This document shows, in pieces, positions 1-9,075 of a DNA stretch of 24,000 nt. Positions within the stretch are counted from its first letter, which is position 1. Each line of letters begins with the position of its first letter. The notes beneath the pieces are model-generated. The model had not been told where the DNA came from, made no database searches, and saw only the letters and a list, made by a program, of their open reading frames with translations. The translations under genes were made by a program, and so were the position numbers. Source of the stretch: Desulfurococcales archaeon (GTDB taxonomy: Archaea; Thermoproteota; Thermoprotei_A; Sulfolobales; AG1); contig JAVVGE010000012.1 in the NCBI GenBank assembly GCA_032249255.1, forward strand, positions 7,321 through 31,320, written 5' to 3'.

Positions 1-430
1 CACCCTCACCAAAGGGCCTCGACTCTGTCACAATAGCCCTTACCCTTGCTCCTCTAGCAACAAGATTCTCAAAGATCTTAAGCACTGTTCCACTATACGA
101 TATAGTGAAGATCGTCTCGTCATCTTGAATCCTTTTCGAGGCTATCAAAGCAGCTTGAAGAGTCATATTCCTCACCATCTCAAACACCCTAGAAATCGAA
201 GCAGATATCGAGGCAATAGCATCAGATACATTACTAGAATTGCTTAATAAGAAATCCTGGAATATATCCCTAGAAGCATTTATTAGCAGAGACGAATAGG
301 GCCTCGACTCACAAGCCCTATAAAGATAATCAATAGCCCCCAAAAGCTCCTCCCAACTCCTCGAAGATCTAGCTCTTTTGAAGAACTCCTCTAAAATGCT
401 TCTAGCAGCTTCAGTAGCTCCATAGATCAT
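1..430 (-). CDS. eIF-2B alpha/beta/delta-family protein (aIF-2BII / ribose-1,5-bisphosphate isomerase-like), N-terminal part; 3' end lies outside the window
   Basis: Absent from the ORF track because it runs off the window. Minus-strand translation from ATG 430-428 gives MIYGATEAARSILEEFFKRARSS...IFTISYSGTVLKIFENLVARGARVRAIVTESRPFGEG. The VTESRPxxEG block and overall layout are typical of the IF-2B family. TTG at 445 is an alternative start, and there is an in-frame stop at 458-460. Confidence 0.65.
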   Translation of the reverse strand, partial: MIYGATEAARSILEEFFKRARSSRSWEELLGAIDYLYRACESRPYSSLLINASRDIFQDFLLSNSSNVSDAIASISASISRVFEMVRNMTLQAALIASKRIQDDETIFTISYSGTVLKIFENLVARGARVRAIVTESRPFGEG

Positions 431-487
431 CCACTGCTCTTTCAACTCTATAGCTGATCACCTTTTCCATCTAGTCTATGCTCTTTC

Positions 488-978
488 AGCTCTATAGTAG
501 ATCTTTGTGGGTCTTTGTCTCTCCTTTCCAGACCCTGTATATAATTTTTGTTTCTATAATATTTAAGTATTTATGGTGATCTAGCATGAAATCAACCAAT
601 TTCCACATCTCTACGAGAATGGGTTTCCATATTCTCCAAATAGCATTTCAATAACTATCACACCCCTCGTTTTCAGAGCACCTCTAACTACTAGGTTAGC
701 TATCTTTCTCCTGCGATCTTTTCTCTTCTCACCTTCCGTAAGCTTTCCGCAGCCTTCATAGCCTCCTTACTATTTGATCTATATTTCTCCCGAATACTCT
801 CCTCTCTATTTCTTAAGCTGTAGCCTAGAGTTATCTCGACAAGATCTGTTTTGAGGATTATTGCAGATGCCTCGTTGAGTGTTGCAGCAGAGTTCTCATT
901 AACATTAGCAGGCTTCACAATATTCTATGGTTTATAGAATAGAAACCCCCTGGAGAGCGAGGCCTGTTCTCTATCTAA
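488..978 (-). mobile_element. Relic tnpB-derived element (E0): left-end module fused to an internal tnpB fragment, with a right-end-like tail
   Basis: The minus strand of 945-978 reads TTAGATAGAGAACAGGCCTCGCTCTCCAGGGGGT. This aligns to the left end of the full element (14785-14821, TTAAAGAGAGCAAATGACCCCCCGCTCTTAAGGGCTG). It is followed directly by tnpB-homologous coding sequence. The far end shares AGACCC.CA.A..GATCTACTATAGA with the E2 terminus. Confidence 0.5.
610..918 (-). pseudogene. tnpB: tnpB (IS605 OrfB-type) internal fragment, truncated at 5' and 3' ends and frameshifted
   Basis: ORF 700..918 (VKPANVNENSAATLNEASAIILKTDLVEITLGYS...) aligns to residues 1-65 of ORF 15702..16475 (MKFVNVNENSVATLYEAFAVILETDLARTTLGYS...). 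DNA similarity continues in another frame to about 610 (IANLVVRGALKTRGVIVIE versus TANLIVRDALRTRGVIVIE). Confidence 0.7.
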
Positions 979-1094
979 TGTTAACATCAACTCTTATAAA
1001 CCTATATATAACTCAAAACAGTTTCAAGGCAGCGTTGGTTATTCGAGAGCTTCTTCAGATCTTATCCTAACTTGTAATGAGAGCCAGTAGAATC

Positions 1095-2471
1095 CTAGAT
1101 CTTTTTAATAAGGGTATATGCTGTGAGTATTATGGATGCTATGCCTAGCGCTAGTATAGCGCTTACGAATCCTATCACATCGCCCAGAACCCCTTTTAAT
1201 GCCTCATACAGATAGCTGGATCTCACGCCCTCTACCAGTTTAGGCAATACACATGATAGAAACTGGTTCGACGGGAACTCCATCTCTTCGAGGGCACAGG
1301 TGTAGGGTGATACAGTCACCACTACTGAGTTAGTTAATATGGACAGTGCTGAGAGCACCATGACTAGAGGTTCTAGCCTGGGTCTCCTAGTTAGGAGGAG
1401 TTGTAGTGAGGGGGCTAGAATAGGTGTTATGGGTGTTAAGAACCTTGGGCCATAGCTGAGACCTCCATCGAAGTCATACCACATTGCGTGCGGTATTGTG
1501 TAGGATGCTAGAAAAATTACTAGCAATAGCCTCTCATATATATCTGGTATAGAGGCTATGAACCTAGGAAGCATCGATGCACCAAGGCCGAGGACTGGGT
1601 AGAGGGGTATCAAGCCTTTCCTAGGATCTATTATGAGCATGTATAGCCCATAGAGCGGATTTACAGACAGACCTAGATAGCCATCCACACCGATTCTCAC
1701 AAGTAACAATGTCTCGGGGAACGAGAAGGGATTCCCCGTGGTTGCTACATTATAGAGCGCCTGCGCCGCCGCAAGTGGGGAGAAACCAGCTGTCCAGGCA
1801 ATGAAGGCACATAGAAGACTCCTCAACCCGTGATACTTAGCAACATATATAGCTACTATAATGCCCAAGGAAAGGGGTGCTAGAAATGCCATAGGATCCA
1901 TGAGAAGGGTTAGGGACGATAAGAAGCCGAGTAAGAGGTATTTCAGCTCATCACCGCCCCTTCTTACAATAGATACCGATAGATATAGAGCTAAGAGCAT
2001 CGAGAATGTAAGGGGTGCTTGAGGGAATATATGGCTTGAATATATCCAGAGCAATCCGCTTAACGAGATCACTAGGGTAGATGCTAATACATAGCGATCT
2101 CCGTAGAGCCTTGTGAAAAGATATATAACAACCGTGGATGCCAGACCATATAGAGAAACCACAACCCCCCCTATTAAAAGCTGGTTACCCGAGATCCCGA
2201 AGAAACAGAGCGGGATTGATATTACAAGAGGAAGGCCGATAGGTCCTGCAAAGAGGTAGTTAGAGTTATATTTAACAACATCCACATATACAGAGTAATG
2301 CTCCTCTAGAAATACTTCTCCCCTGCATATCTTACTTGATAGATCTATCAGAGGAGCTGTATAGCTTGTGAACCAAATAACGTTTATACTTAGTATATAG
2401 ATTACCCCAACGATAGAGAAGATAATTATTAAGATTACTATCCTTTCACCGATTTTCTTGAGAGCCAACAT
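1095..2471 (-). CDS. Polytopic integral membrane protein (layout reminiscent of GT-C/PMT_2-type glycosyltransferases; function unproven)
   Basis: 458-aa ORF with many hydrophobic helices by eye and no competing ORFs. The assignment to a glycosyltransferase-like family is from general architecture only. Confidence 0.75.
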   Translation of the reverse strand: MLALKKIGERIVILIIIFSIVGVIYILSINVIWFTSYTAPLIDLSSKICRGEVFLEEHYSVYVDVVKYNSNYLFAGPIGLPLVISIPLCFFGISGNQLLIGGVVVSLYGLASTVVIYLFTRLYGDRYVLASTLVISLSGLLWIYSSHIFPQAPLTFSMLLALYLSVSIVRRGGDELKYLLLGFLSSLTLLMDPMAFLAPLSLGIIVAIYVAKYHGLRSLLCAFIAWTAGFSPLAAAQALYNVATTGNPFSFPETLLLVRIGVDGYLGLSVNPLYGLYMLIIDPRKGLIPLYPVLGLGASMLPRFIASIPDIYERLLLVIFLASYTIPHAMWYDFDGGLSYGPRFLTPITPILAPSLQLLLTRRPRLEPLVMVLSALSILTNSVVVTVSPYTCALEEMEFPSNQFLSCVLPKLVEGVRSSYLYEALKGVLGDVIGFVSAILALGIASIILTAYTLIKKI

Positions 2472-2649
2472 CCAGAAGATTAGACATTAGCAAACCTAAT
2501 AAGTAACACTGATCCGAAACACTCATCAGACAAACATTTTAAAACCTGACCAAATAAGCTACAAGCTAGAAGCATCGCACTTAACCGGAATAAAGATTTA
2601 TTATTATCTTCTAATACCTAACGACCCCTTTCTGCCTTGGTGGGCGGGT

Positions 2650-3048
2650 TTTTATGATGGGGTCTCGGATGTTACCCCTCTGAGAGGGGTTATTGTTTCT
2701 ATTTTCATGATCATCGGACTAGGGGTAAGGAAGCTAACCGAGTATCCAACTAAGACGCTATCCCCAAGCCTTCAGTGCGATATATTCTCATCATAGCCAT
2801 AGGAAGCTTAAAAACGCAAATACTACTCCGCCTTTAAAGGCGAGGTTTGCTGTTTCTCCATCAACTTTCTAAATGCTTTCGGGGGTCGGGTCTCGGCGGG
2901 CACGGTCGGGGGTCTTTGGCGGGCATACCTCGGGGGCTCGGGGATTCCTCTACTACTCTTGCCCGTCGAGACCCAGACCCTATACATTATAGAGTATAGA
3001 AGCCTTAAAAACCCCGCCCTAGAGGGGCGGGGCTTATCCTCTATTTAA
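2650..3048 (-). mobile_element. Miniature tnpB-family non-coding element E1 (family B): left end, TATA-like box, ATGATGAGA, 3' module
   Basis: The left-end module on the minus strand of 3000-3048 is TTAAATAGAGGATAAGCCCCGC..TTTTTAAGGC. The internal block GTAGTATTT+T/A run+ATGATGAGA (minus strand of 2786-2822) is shared with E2. The ~75-bp 3' module at 2659-2730 aligns with 6421-6492. Confidence 0.55.
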
Positions 3049-3130
3049 TGGCAATGTGCTATTCATAATCAATGGTGTTATTTAGATGGAGCTATGGTAC
3101 ATAGGATCAAGCTATCTTTGGGAGAGCATC

Positions 3131-3472
3131 TTATATGCGGCCTTTTAGCTGTGATAGTAAAGAACCAATTTTCTGTGATGCGAATATATCTCCCCTTATC
3201 TTTAATTCGCCCCTAAGATATGCCCTTACAGGATCCAGTTCTCCTTTTATAATCTTGACCATGATCTCGTCCTTTGCTGCTAGCACAGCTGTGGGAGAGC
3301 TATGCCTGCCCTCAACGATCTTAACTGTTCCATCGGGCGTGATCTCCATGTAAAATGGAGGCTCGCCCTCGATTTCGAACTGAAAGAACATTGGGCCTTT
3401 TACCTGGGATCTCAGTTTTGGATCGCTGTTTACAATATCTGCAGTCCTTCTCATAAGATCTAAAGTGGTCAT
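3131..3472 (-). CDS. SCP2 sterol-carrier-like domain protein
   Basis: 113 aa. The C-terminal pattern GELDPVRAYLRGELKIRGDIFASQKIGSLL matches the SCP2 signature (G.l.p..A...Gklki.Gd...a.kl). The overlapping ORFs 3135..3353(+) and 3321..3557(-) look spurious. Confidence 0.75.
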   Translation of the reverse strand: MTTLDLMRRTADIVNSDPKLRSQVKGPMFFQFEIEGEPPFYMEITPDGTVKIVEGRHSSPTAVLAAKDEIMVKIIKGELDPVRAYLRGELKIRGDIFASQKIGSLLSQLKGRI

Positions 3473-3671
3473 CGATATATCCCCTAATGAATATTTTTAG
3501 GGGGTTATATATAAACCTCTGGTAGTCCTCTGTATATAATATAAATCTGAGTATCATATATTAAAATCGCTAGATCTTCCGGGTTTTTAATAGATCCTTT
3601 TTGTAGTATCTGTAGAAAGGTTCATGGATGGCAATTATGAACTTTAGTTTATCTCATGTGGATCGGTCTTC

Positions 3672-5873
3672 ATGTGGTCATATTTTAAACCATTGATGAG
3701 TATATCATGTGGATGGGTGTACATGGTGAGTCGGGTTGGAATAGGTATGTTAGCGATCTCGTTAATACTTGTGTATATATTTATCAATACATATCCCTCT
3801 GCGACACAGTCTATGGAAAAACCTGTTATAATGGATCCAACTTACTCTATAAACCAGATTGTGAGGCCCGGTAGCTGGTTCATAGTAGAGGTGAGAGATC
3901 CTGCTGGTGTTTTTGCTCCTAGCAGAGCTAGTGTTACTGTGTCTTGCTATATATCTGGGCTAGTCAATATCTCCCTCTCGATAGTGGGATACAATACCCA
4001 GGCTGGGAGGCATAGTATCAACGTCTCTATTCCTAGGTTCGAGACCCCTGCCGAGGGGTTCTACCCATGCTCGCTAGTGATTTCAGATGGTAAGAGCACT
4101 TTGATCAGTGAGAAGAGTGTCTATATATATAATAAGAGTCTCAATAGAGTAGGGATCCTTCATATAACCGATATACATCTACTCCTCCCAACCCCCATTG
4201 GAACGGCTTACCAGACTCTAACATCAGCCATCTTCCTCGCTAATATGTTAAAAGACATAGATCTGGTAATCAACACTGGAGACACGGCTGATAGACCGGG
4301 AGATTCCATCCTATACACATACTACAGACAAGCACTAAAAACGCTTCTAAAACCCATACTAGCTGTTCCAGGAAACCACGACGGCTCCGGGATAAGTCCA
4401 GACGTATTCGCCGCTGTCTACGGCTCCAGCGTTGGGGTAGCGACATGGTATAGGAGGATAGAGAACTACTTAATAGTGGGGCTCGACACATCTGCGAGAG
4501 GGGTTATAGACAGCTCTCAAATAGCCTTTCTAGAGAGGGTTCTGCGGGAGAATCTAGATGCCATGACAAAAATAATATTGATTCACCACCCGATATTTAG
4601 GGCAAGTGCTAAGGGAGTGTACATAGATCAACAGCTAAGGGATATCCCAAGAAATCTTCTTTACACATCCTGGGCAGAGGACGAGGGTATTGCGAGGGAG
4701 TTTCTCAGGCTAATAGATCTATACAATGTATCAGCGGTTCTAGCCGGTCATGTCCATCAGGACTCAATAGTTATATATAGAAATAAAACAACATTCATAA
4801 CAACAGGGACTCTGGGGGGTCCGAGATCTGATTACAACGCATTCAGAATAATAGATGCTTTCTCCAACGGCACTGTAGTCCCTAGATATGCGCCTGGCAC
4901 TGATGCTAGGAGCAATATGAATAGCTATAATGTTGAGAAAGCGGTAATCAGATACTGGGCTGATAGAGACTACTCAGGTGTTTTCATCAATATCTCTAGA
5001 GATCTGGGTGTAGATCTAGGGAGCACTGTGAGCATCTATCTAGACTCTCCGATCACTAGCACCATTATAGAGAAAATATCGTATGACACCTCGTCTAGAG
5101 AGGCGTTGAAGCCGGTGGCTAGGATAGAAATTCCAGGTGATGATGGGGCTATAAGAACTCTGTACAGGGTTGATATCTCAGCTCAAGATATATATAGACC
5201 GCTGGGCATCATAGTTAGAAACCCTAGTCTAGATTTATCTTTAAAGCCGTATATAGCTAGCATAGATATTCAGCCTAAGCAGCCTAGGCGGGGAATAGAT
5301 CCAATTATAGTTGAGGTCAAGGTATCCAGAGGATCTACATATGTATATAGGGTAGAGATACTCCTTAGCATCACCACCACGGGAGGAAGCTCGGCAGAGG
5401 TATTGGGAGAAGCGCTGCCCAGCTGGGATTACACGAAATATATTATAACATTTGGAGGATTTGATGCCTCGAGAGCGGTTCTTATTGCAAGGGCATATGA
5501 TCTCTATGGAAACATAGCTGAAAAGGAGATATCGATAGTCTTTAGAGAAGCAGCTCGAACCACAGCCACAGCATCAGTCCAGATAACTACAATAACCACG
5601 ACACCTGTAGCAATGAATACTTACACATATACCTCTACCTCAATATCCACAACAGCTGCTATTCAAGCAAATCAAACCCTGACGACCACGGGTATAGAGA
5701 GCCCGGCACAATTACCTACAGCAATCACTGCCCCCGCCACACAGCCCATAACAACCCATATTCAGAGACAAGCTAGCGATACATCAGGCCTTATAATAGC
5801 TATAGCAATAGCTATTGCTGGTATTGGGCTAGTAGCCATGCTAACCTACATGCTGAAAAAGCGTGTAAGATAA
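3672..5873 (+). CDS. Surface-anchored calcineurin-like metallophosphoesterase with Thr-rich stalk and C-terminal TM anchor
   Basis: All phosphoesterase motifs are present in order: ILHITDIH, NTGDTADRPGD, VPGNHD, IHHP, GHVHQD. There is an N-terminal hydrophobic segment; the start may be the Met at 3723 (MVSRVGIGMLAISLILVY). The C-terminus has a T/S/A-rich run followed by IIAIAIAIAGIGLVAMLTYMLKKRVR. Confidence 0.85.
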   Translation: MWSYFKPLMSISCGWVYMVSRVGIGMLAISLILVYIFINTYPSATQSMEKPVIMDPTYSINQIVRPGSWFIVEVRDPAGVFAPSRASVTVSCYISGLVNISLSIVGYNTQAGRHSINVSIPRFETPAEGFYPCSLVISDGKSTLISEKSVYIYNKSLNRVGILHITDIHLLLPTPIGTAYQTLTSAIFLANMLKDIDLVINTGDTADRPGDSILYTYYRQALKTLLKPILAVPGNHDGSGISPDVFAAVYGSSVGVATWYRRIENYLIVGLDTSARGVIDSSQIAFLERVLRENLDAMTKIILIHHPIFRASAKGVYIDQQLRDIPRNLLYTSWAEDEGIAREFLRLIDLYNVSAVLAGHVHQDSIVIYRNKTTFITTGTLGGPRSDYNAFRIIDAFSNGTVVPRYAPGTDARSNMNSYNVEKAVIRYWADRDYSGVFINISRDLGVDLGSTVSIYLDSPITSTIIEKISYDTSSREALKPVARIEIPGDDGAIRTLYRVDISAQDIYRPLGIIVRNPSLDLSLKPYIASIDIQPKQPRRGIDPIIVEVKVSRGSTYVYRVEILLSITTTGGSSAEVLGEALPSWDYTKYIITFGGFDASRAVLIARAYDLYGNIAEKEISIVFREAARTTATASVQITTITTTPVAMNTYTYTSTSISTTAAIQANQTLTTTGIESPAQLPTAITAPATQPITTHIQRQASDTSGLIIAIAIAIAGIGLVAMLTYMLKKRVR

Positions 5874-5882
5874 CCTAAAAAT

Positions 5883-6176
5883 CTACTTTATCTCGCCCTC
5901 TTTTTCACTTTTAGCCTGCTCCTCAAGTTTTTTAAGCTCTGCCTCGATCTCCTTCTCGATCTCCTCAATAGGTTTAGGCGGCGGCGTGGTGGCAAGTGTA
6001 TAGCCTATCCAGCCCAGGATGCCCATAACACCTGCAACTGCAACGAACACCGTTAATTTTACCAGAATCTCGGCTATTGCTTGTGTGCTGAAGAATAGCC
6101 CATATAGGTATATAAGTATGACAACTGCACTGATCGCCATGAGTCCAACACCGATCAACTTATCCCTTTCAGGCAT
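5883..6176 (-). CDS. Small membrane protein (2 TM helices plus acidic/lysine-rich coiled-coil tail), hypothetical
   Basis: The ORF track gives 5883..6257. The internal Met at 6176 (MPERDKLIGVGLMAISAVVILIYLYG...) is the more plausible start. The C-terminal tail reads PPPKPIEEIEKEIEAELKKLEEQAKSEKEGEIK. Confidence 0.6.
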   Translation of the reverse strand: MPERDKLIGVGLMAISAVVILIYLYGLFFSTQAIAEILVKLTVFVAVAGVMGILGWIGYTLATTPPPKPIEEIEKEIEAELKKLEEQAKSEKEGEIK

Positions 6177-6392
6177 TTCCCGCACCACATGAAAATTATG
6201 CAAGGGATATATTAATATTGTATTGAATCCATACTCTAAGCAAACTGGTTTCAACAATCTATAGATACCATCTTATCACCTACAGTTCCTCAGTAGATGG
6301 TAGTCCTGTTTTATCCTCGCATCTACTTCTCAGCGGTCTCTTCAGGCGCGCCCACCGTAGTGGCTTCTAATCTATGACACCCTCCCCTTACA

Positions 6393-6744
6393 ATTCTATA
6401 GTAGATCATCTTTTCTATGCTGGGGTCTAGGGTGTTAGCCCTCTGGTGGGGGTTATCGTTTCTATCTCCACGATCATTGGGTTGGGGGTATGCTTCGGGG
6501 TCTCCCCCTAGGGACATCGGGTCACACTAACGGGATGCCCATCCGAGGCATCAGCCCCCAAACTCTCAAAACCATACATCTCATCATACAATAGATAATC
6601 CCTTAGATAGCTTAAAAATATAAATACTACCTCGCCCTGAAGGGCGAAGCTTGCCCTGTTGTCACGAATAGATGGGTTCAGAAGAACCTCCTGAAAGGGG
6701 TGAGGAGCCCAGCCCTTAAAAGCGGGGAAGAGGTTAGCTATTAA
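6393..6744 (-). mobile_element. Miniature tnpB-family non-coding element E2 (family B)
   Basis: The left-end module on the minus strand of 6708-6744 is TTAATAGCTAACCTCTTCCCCGCTTTTAAGGGCTG. It shares the hairpin+GTAGTATTTATATTTTTAAG+ATGATGAGA block with E1, and its 3' module 6421-6492 aligns with 2659-2730. ORF 6323..6517(-) lies inside it and is probably not a gene. Confidence 0.55.
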
Positions 6745-6927
6745 GAGATTTTCGGCATATATGTGATGGTTTTAAGCAATAAATATTTTTTATATATTAA
6801 CCTGAGCCTGGGGACCTAGTGTGATGGTATATTAAAAGATTTTCTACAATTTTGAGTAGAGTAGATCGTAAGACTGTGGTAAAGTATTTAAGCTATGTAA
6901 GACCTTATTTATTTCAAGTGTGTATAG

Positions 6928-9075
6928 ATGGTGCAGGTTAAAGCGTATCTGCCACTACCTAAATTGCAGAGTGAAGAGTTCTGGGATTTAGAGAAGATCG
7001 AGCATATTAGGATACTTGCAAGTACTGGCAAGCCCTATAAGATAGATGTTGATAGAAGAAATAGCCTTAGGGTTCTGGATAGGATCATTTTTAAAGGACT
7101 TCCACAGGGTATCAGCCCGAGTGAGGATGTGAGGGTATCTACATTTACAGAAATCTCTGGAATACCTCTATACTCTCCTATATATCTAGGAGATATGTCG
7201 TATGGAGCTCTAAGTGGTGTGCCCAATATAGCTATAGCCATGGCCGCGGATGCCATGGAAATACTGGCAGGAACTGGTGAAGGAGGCCTTCATCCGGAAG
7301 TTGCGAGATATAGGAGGATATTCGTTCAATGGGCCTCCGCTAGGTTTGGTGTTGATATTGACACTCTCATGAGGGGGATGGGGATTGTGATCAAGATAGG
7401 GCAGGGAGCTAAACCCGGTATTGGTGGGCACCTCCCAGGTTCAAAAGTCACTGAACCAATATCCATCGCCAGGAGGATCCCTGTGGGTTCGGATGCTATA
7501 TCTCCTGCTCCCCACCATGATATATACTCAATAGAGGATCTGGGACAGAGGATCGAAGCCCTAAAAGAGGCGACAGGGAAGCCTGTCTATGTGAAGGTAG
7601 CTGCAACAAACTATGTACCGTATATAGTTACGGGCATAGCTAGGATGGGGGCAGACGGAGTTATAATAGATGGACATGGCGCGGGGACCGGGGCGACGCC
7701 TATAATGATCAGGGATAACCTGGGGATTCCGGTAGAGCTTGCAGTGGCATCTGCGCATGATATGCTCATAAAGAATGGGCTTAGAGAGGGCTTCGTAATA
7801 ATAGCTGGCGGAAGGGTGTCAAGTGCTCTAGACGCGGCTAAGCTCATAGCGCTTGGTGCTGACGTGGTTAGCATTGGGACCGCTGCTCTCATAGCTATGG
7901 GATGTATAATGATACATAAGTGCCACATAGGTAACTGTCCAGCAGCTTTAACGAACAAGATAGATGGGTCCAAGGTGCTTGACATAGGTTTCGCCTTCAG
8001 GAATCTTGTTAACTTTATAAGAGGGTTTACCCTAGAGTTATCAAATATCCTAGATGCTCTGGATCTCGGTAGTGTTAGGGAGCTTAGGGGTAGGAGGGAC
8101 CTTCTATATGGTGTTAACCTCCCGAAGAGGATCCTCGAGATCCTGGGGATCGAGGGATCGATCGGCGATACCCCATATAGATTAGGCGATGTATGGACAA
8201 GGAGGAGGATCTCGTATCTAGGAGAGCTGATAGCCAAGGGCGATCCTGTTATAATAGGTATGGGTAGTACAGCTCCTCCAGAAGTTGAGAAATCATATAG
8301 AATAGCGGACTGGCTGAGGATCGATGGAGCACAGGTAACTAGGCCTCCAATAGATCCGTATAGAGAGGATGTGGAACAAGGTTTCTACCTAGCTAGTGGA
8401 AAGCTCTACATATCTGCCCCAATATTGTTCGATGTCGCTAGAGGCGATGAGGATATAAACTCTTCTATTAAGTGGGCATCGCTGGCCCTGGGAACCGGGA
8501 TCTTTGCACATTCTGTCGAGCCTTGGTATAGGGAGATATCCATTACATCAGATCATACAGGCATTATTAGATGGGGGTTTGAGCCCGTGGCCGAGGGATA
8601 CGTAGTTGTTCCATCATCAACATCGAGGATAGAGGCGATGCTCGAGATAAAAGGGATCCTGGGGTATGTGGTGGATGAGGATCTTGGAAGCGAGGATCTA
8701 GAAGTAGTAGTCTCTGAACTAGATACAGGCCTCAAGAAAGTTGGCGTTAGGTATCTCTACGATATACTAGCGAGATCATCTAGGATCAGAGACCCAGGGG
8801 ATATATTGAAGCTCATACTTCTGGGCGCTGACGCCGTGATAGTTTCCGCAGATATACTTAAGAAAGCCATAGGTATAGGCAGTAGAGATGCCCTCAGTAG
8901 AAAGGCTTTCAACCTAGTGGCTGGGATGAAGAAGGAGATAGCGCTAATTGCAGGAGCTGCAGGAGTCTATAATATCCAAAACACCTTCACAGGAAATAGA
9001 GAGCTCCTCAGAGCAGTAGCTCTTTCAGACGAGATCGTGGATAGAATAAGGGTTAGGCAGGCTGGCAGCCCATGA
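6928..9075 (+). CDS. gltB: Glutamate synthase large-subunit FMN-binding domain protein (archaeal GltB2-type) with a C-terminal degenerate barrel-like extension
   Basis: It carries MSYGALS...[36 protein letters not shown], the [17 protein letters not shown] region, and a CX5CX4C 3Fe-4S pattern ([12 protein letters not shown]). Its stop overlaps the next start (ATGA at 9072-9075). Confidence 0.85.
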   Translation: MVQVKAYLPLPKLQSEEFWDLEKIEHIRILASTGKPYKIDVDRRNSLRVLDRIIFKGLPQGISPSEDVRVSTFTEISGIPLYSPIYLGDMSYGALSGVPNIAIAMAADAMEILAGTGEGGLHPEVARYRRIFVQWASARFGVDIDTLMRGMGIVIKIGQGAKPGIGGHLPGSKVTEPISIARRIPVGSDAISPAPHHDIYSIEDLGQRIEALKEATGKPVYVKVAATNYVPYIVTGIARMGADGVIIDGHGAGTGATPIMIRDNLGIPVELAVASAHDMLIKNGLREGFVIIAGGRVSSALDAAKLIALGADVVSIGTAALIAMGCIMIHKCHIGNCPAALTNKIDGSKVLDIGFAFRNLVNFIRGFTLELSNILDALDLGSVRELRGRRDLLYGVNLPKRILEILGIEGSIGDTPYRLGDVWTRRRISYLGELIAKGDPVIIGMGSTAPPEVEKSYRIADWLRIDGAQVTRPPIDPYREDVEQGFYLASGKLYISAPILFDVARGDEDINSSIKWASLALGTGIFAHSVEPWYREISITSDHTGIIRWGFEPVAEGYVVVPSSTSRIEAMLEIKGILGYVVDEDLGSEDLEVVVSELDTGLKKVGVRYLYDILARSSRIRDPGDILKLILLGADAVIVSADILKKAIGIGSRDALSRKAFNLVAGMKKEIALIAGAAGVYNIQNTFTGNRELLRAVALSDEIVDRIRVRQAGSP

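Noticed and set aside
2786-2794. C/D-box sRNA inside E1 (minus strand ATGATGA + 12 nt + CTGA)
   Set aside because: No C'/D pair follows at the right spacing. The ATGATGAG motif is shared by E1-E3 with variable downstream sequence, so it fits a retained gene start (MMR...) or TSS better than a C box.
3135-3557. ORFs 3135..3353(+) and 3321..3557(-) overlapping the SCP2 gene and its upstream region
   Set aside because: The first is antisense to a gene with a clear domain signature. The second runs through the AT-rich divergent promoter region and has an odd composition.
6323-6517. 64-aa ORF on the minus strand inside element E2
   Set aside because: It overlaps the conserved non-coding 3' module, and the homologous stretch in E1 is closed by a stop after a few codons. 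It is more likely a remnant reading frame than a gene.
7035-8735. Antisense ORFs inside the glutamate synthase FMN-domain gene (7035..7256, 7210..7431, 7561..7758, 7611..8237, 8553..8735; up to 208 aa)
   Set aside because: They are S/P/L/R-rich low-complexity translations with no recognisable motifs, and they lie fully inside a strongly supported sense gene. They are typical shadow ORFs.
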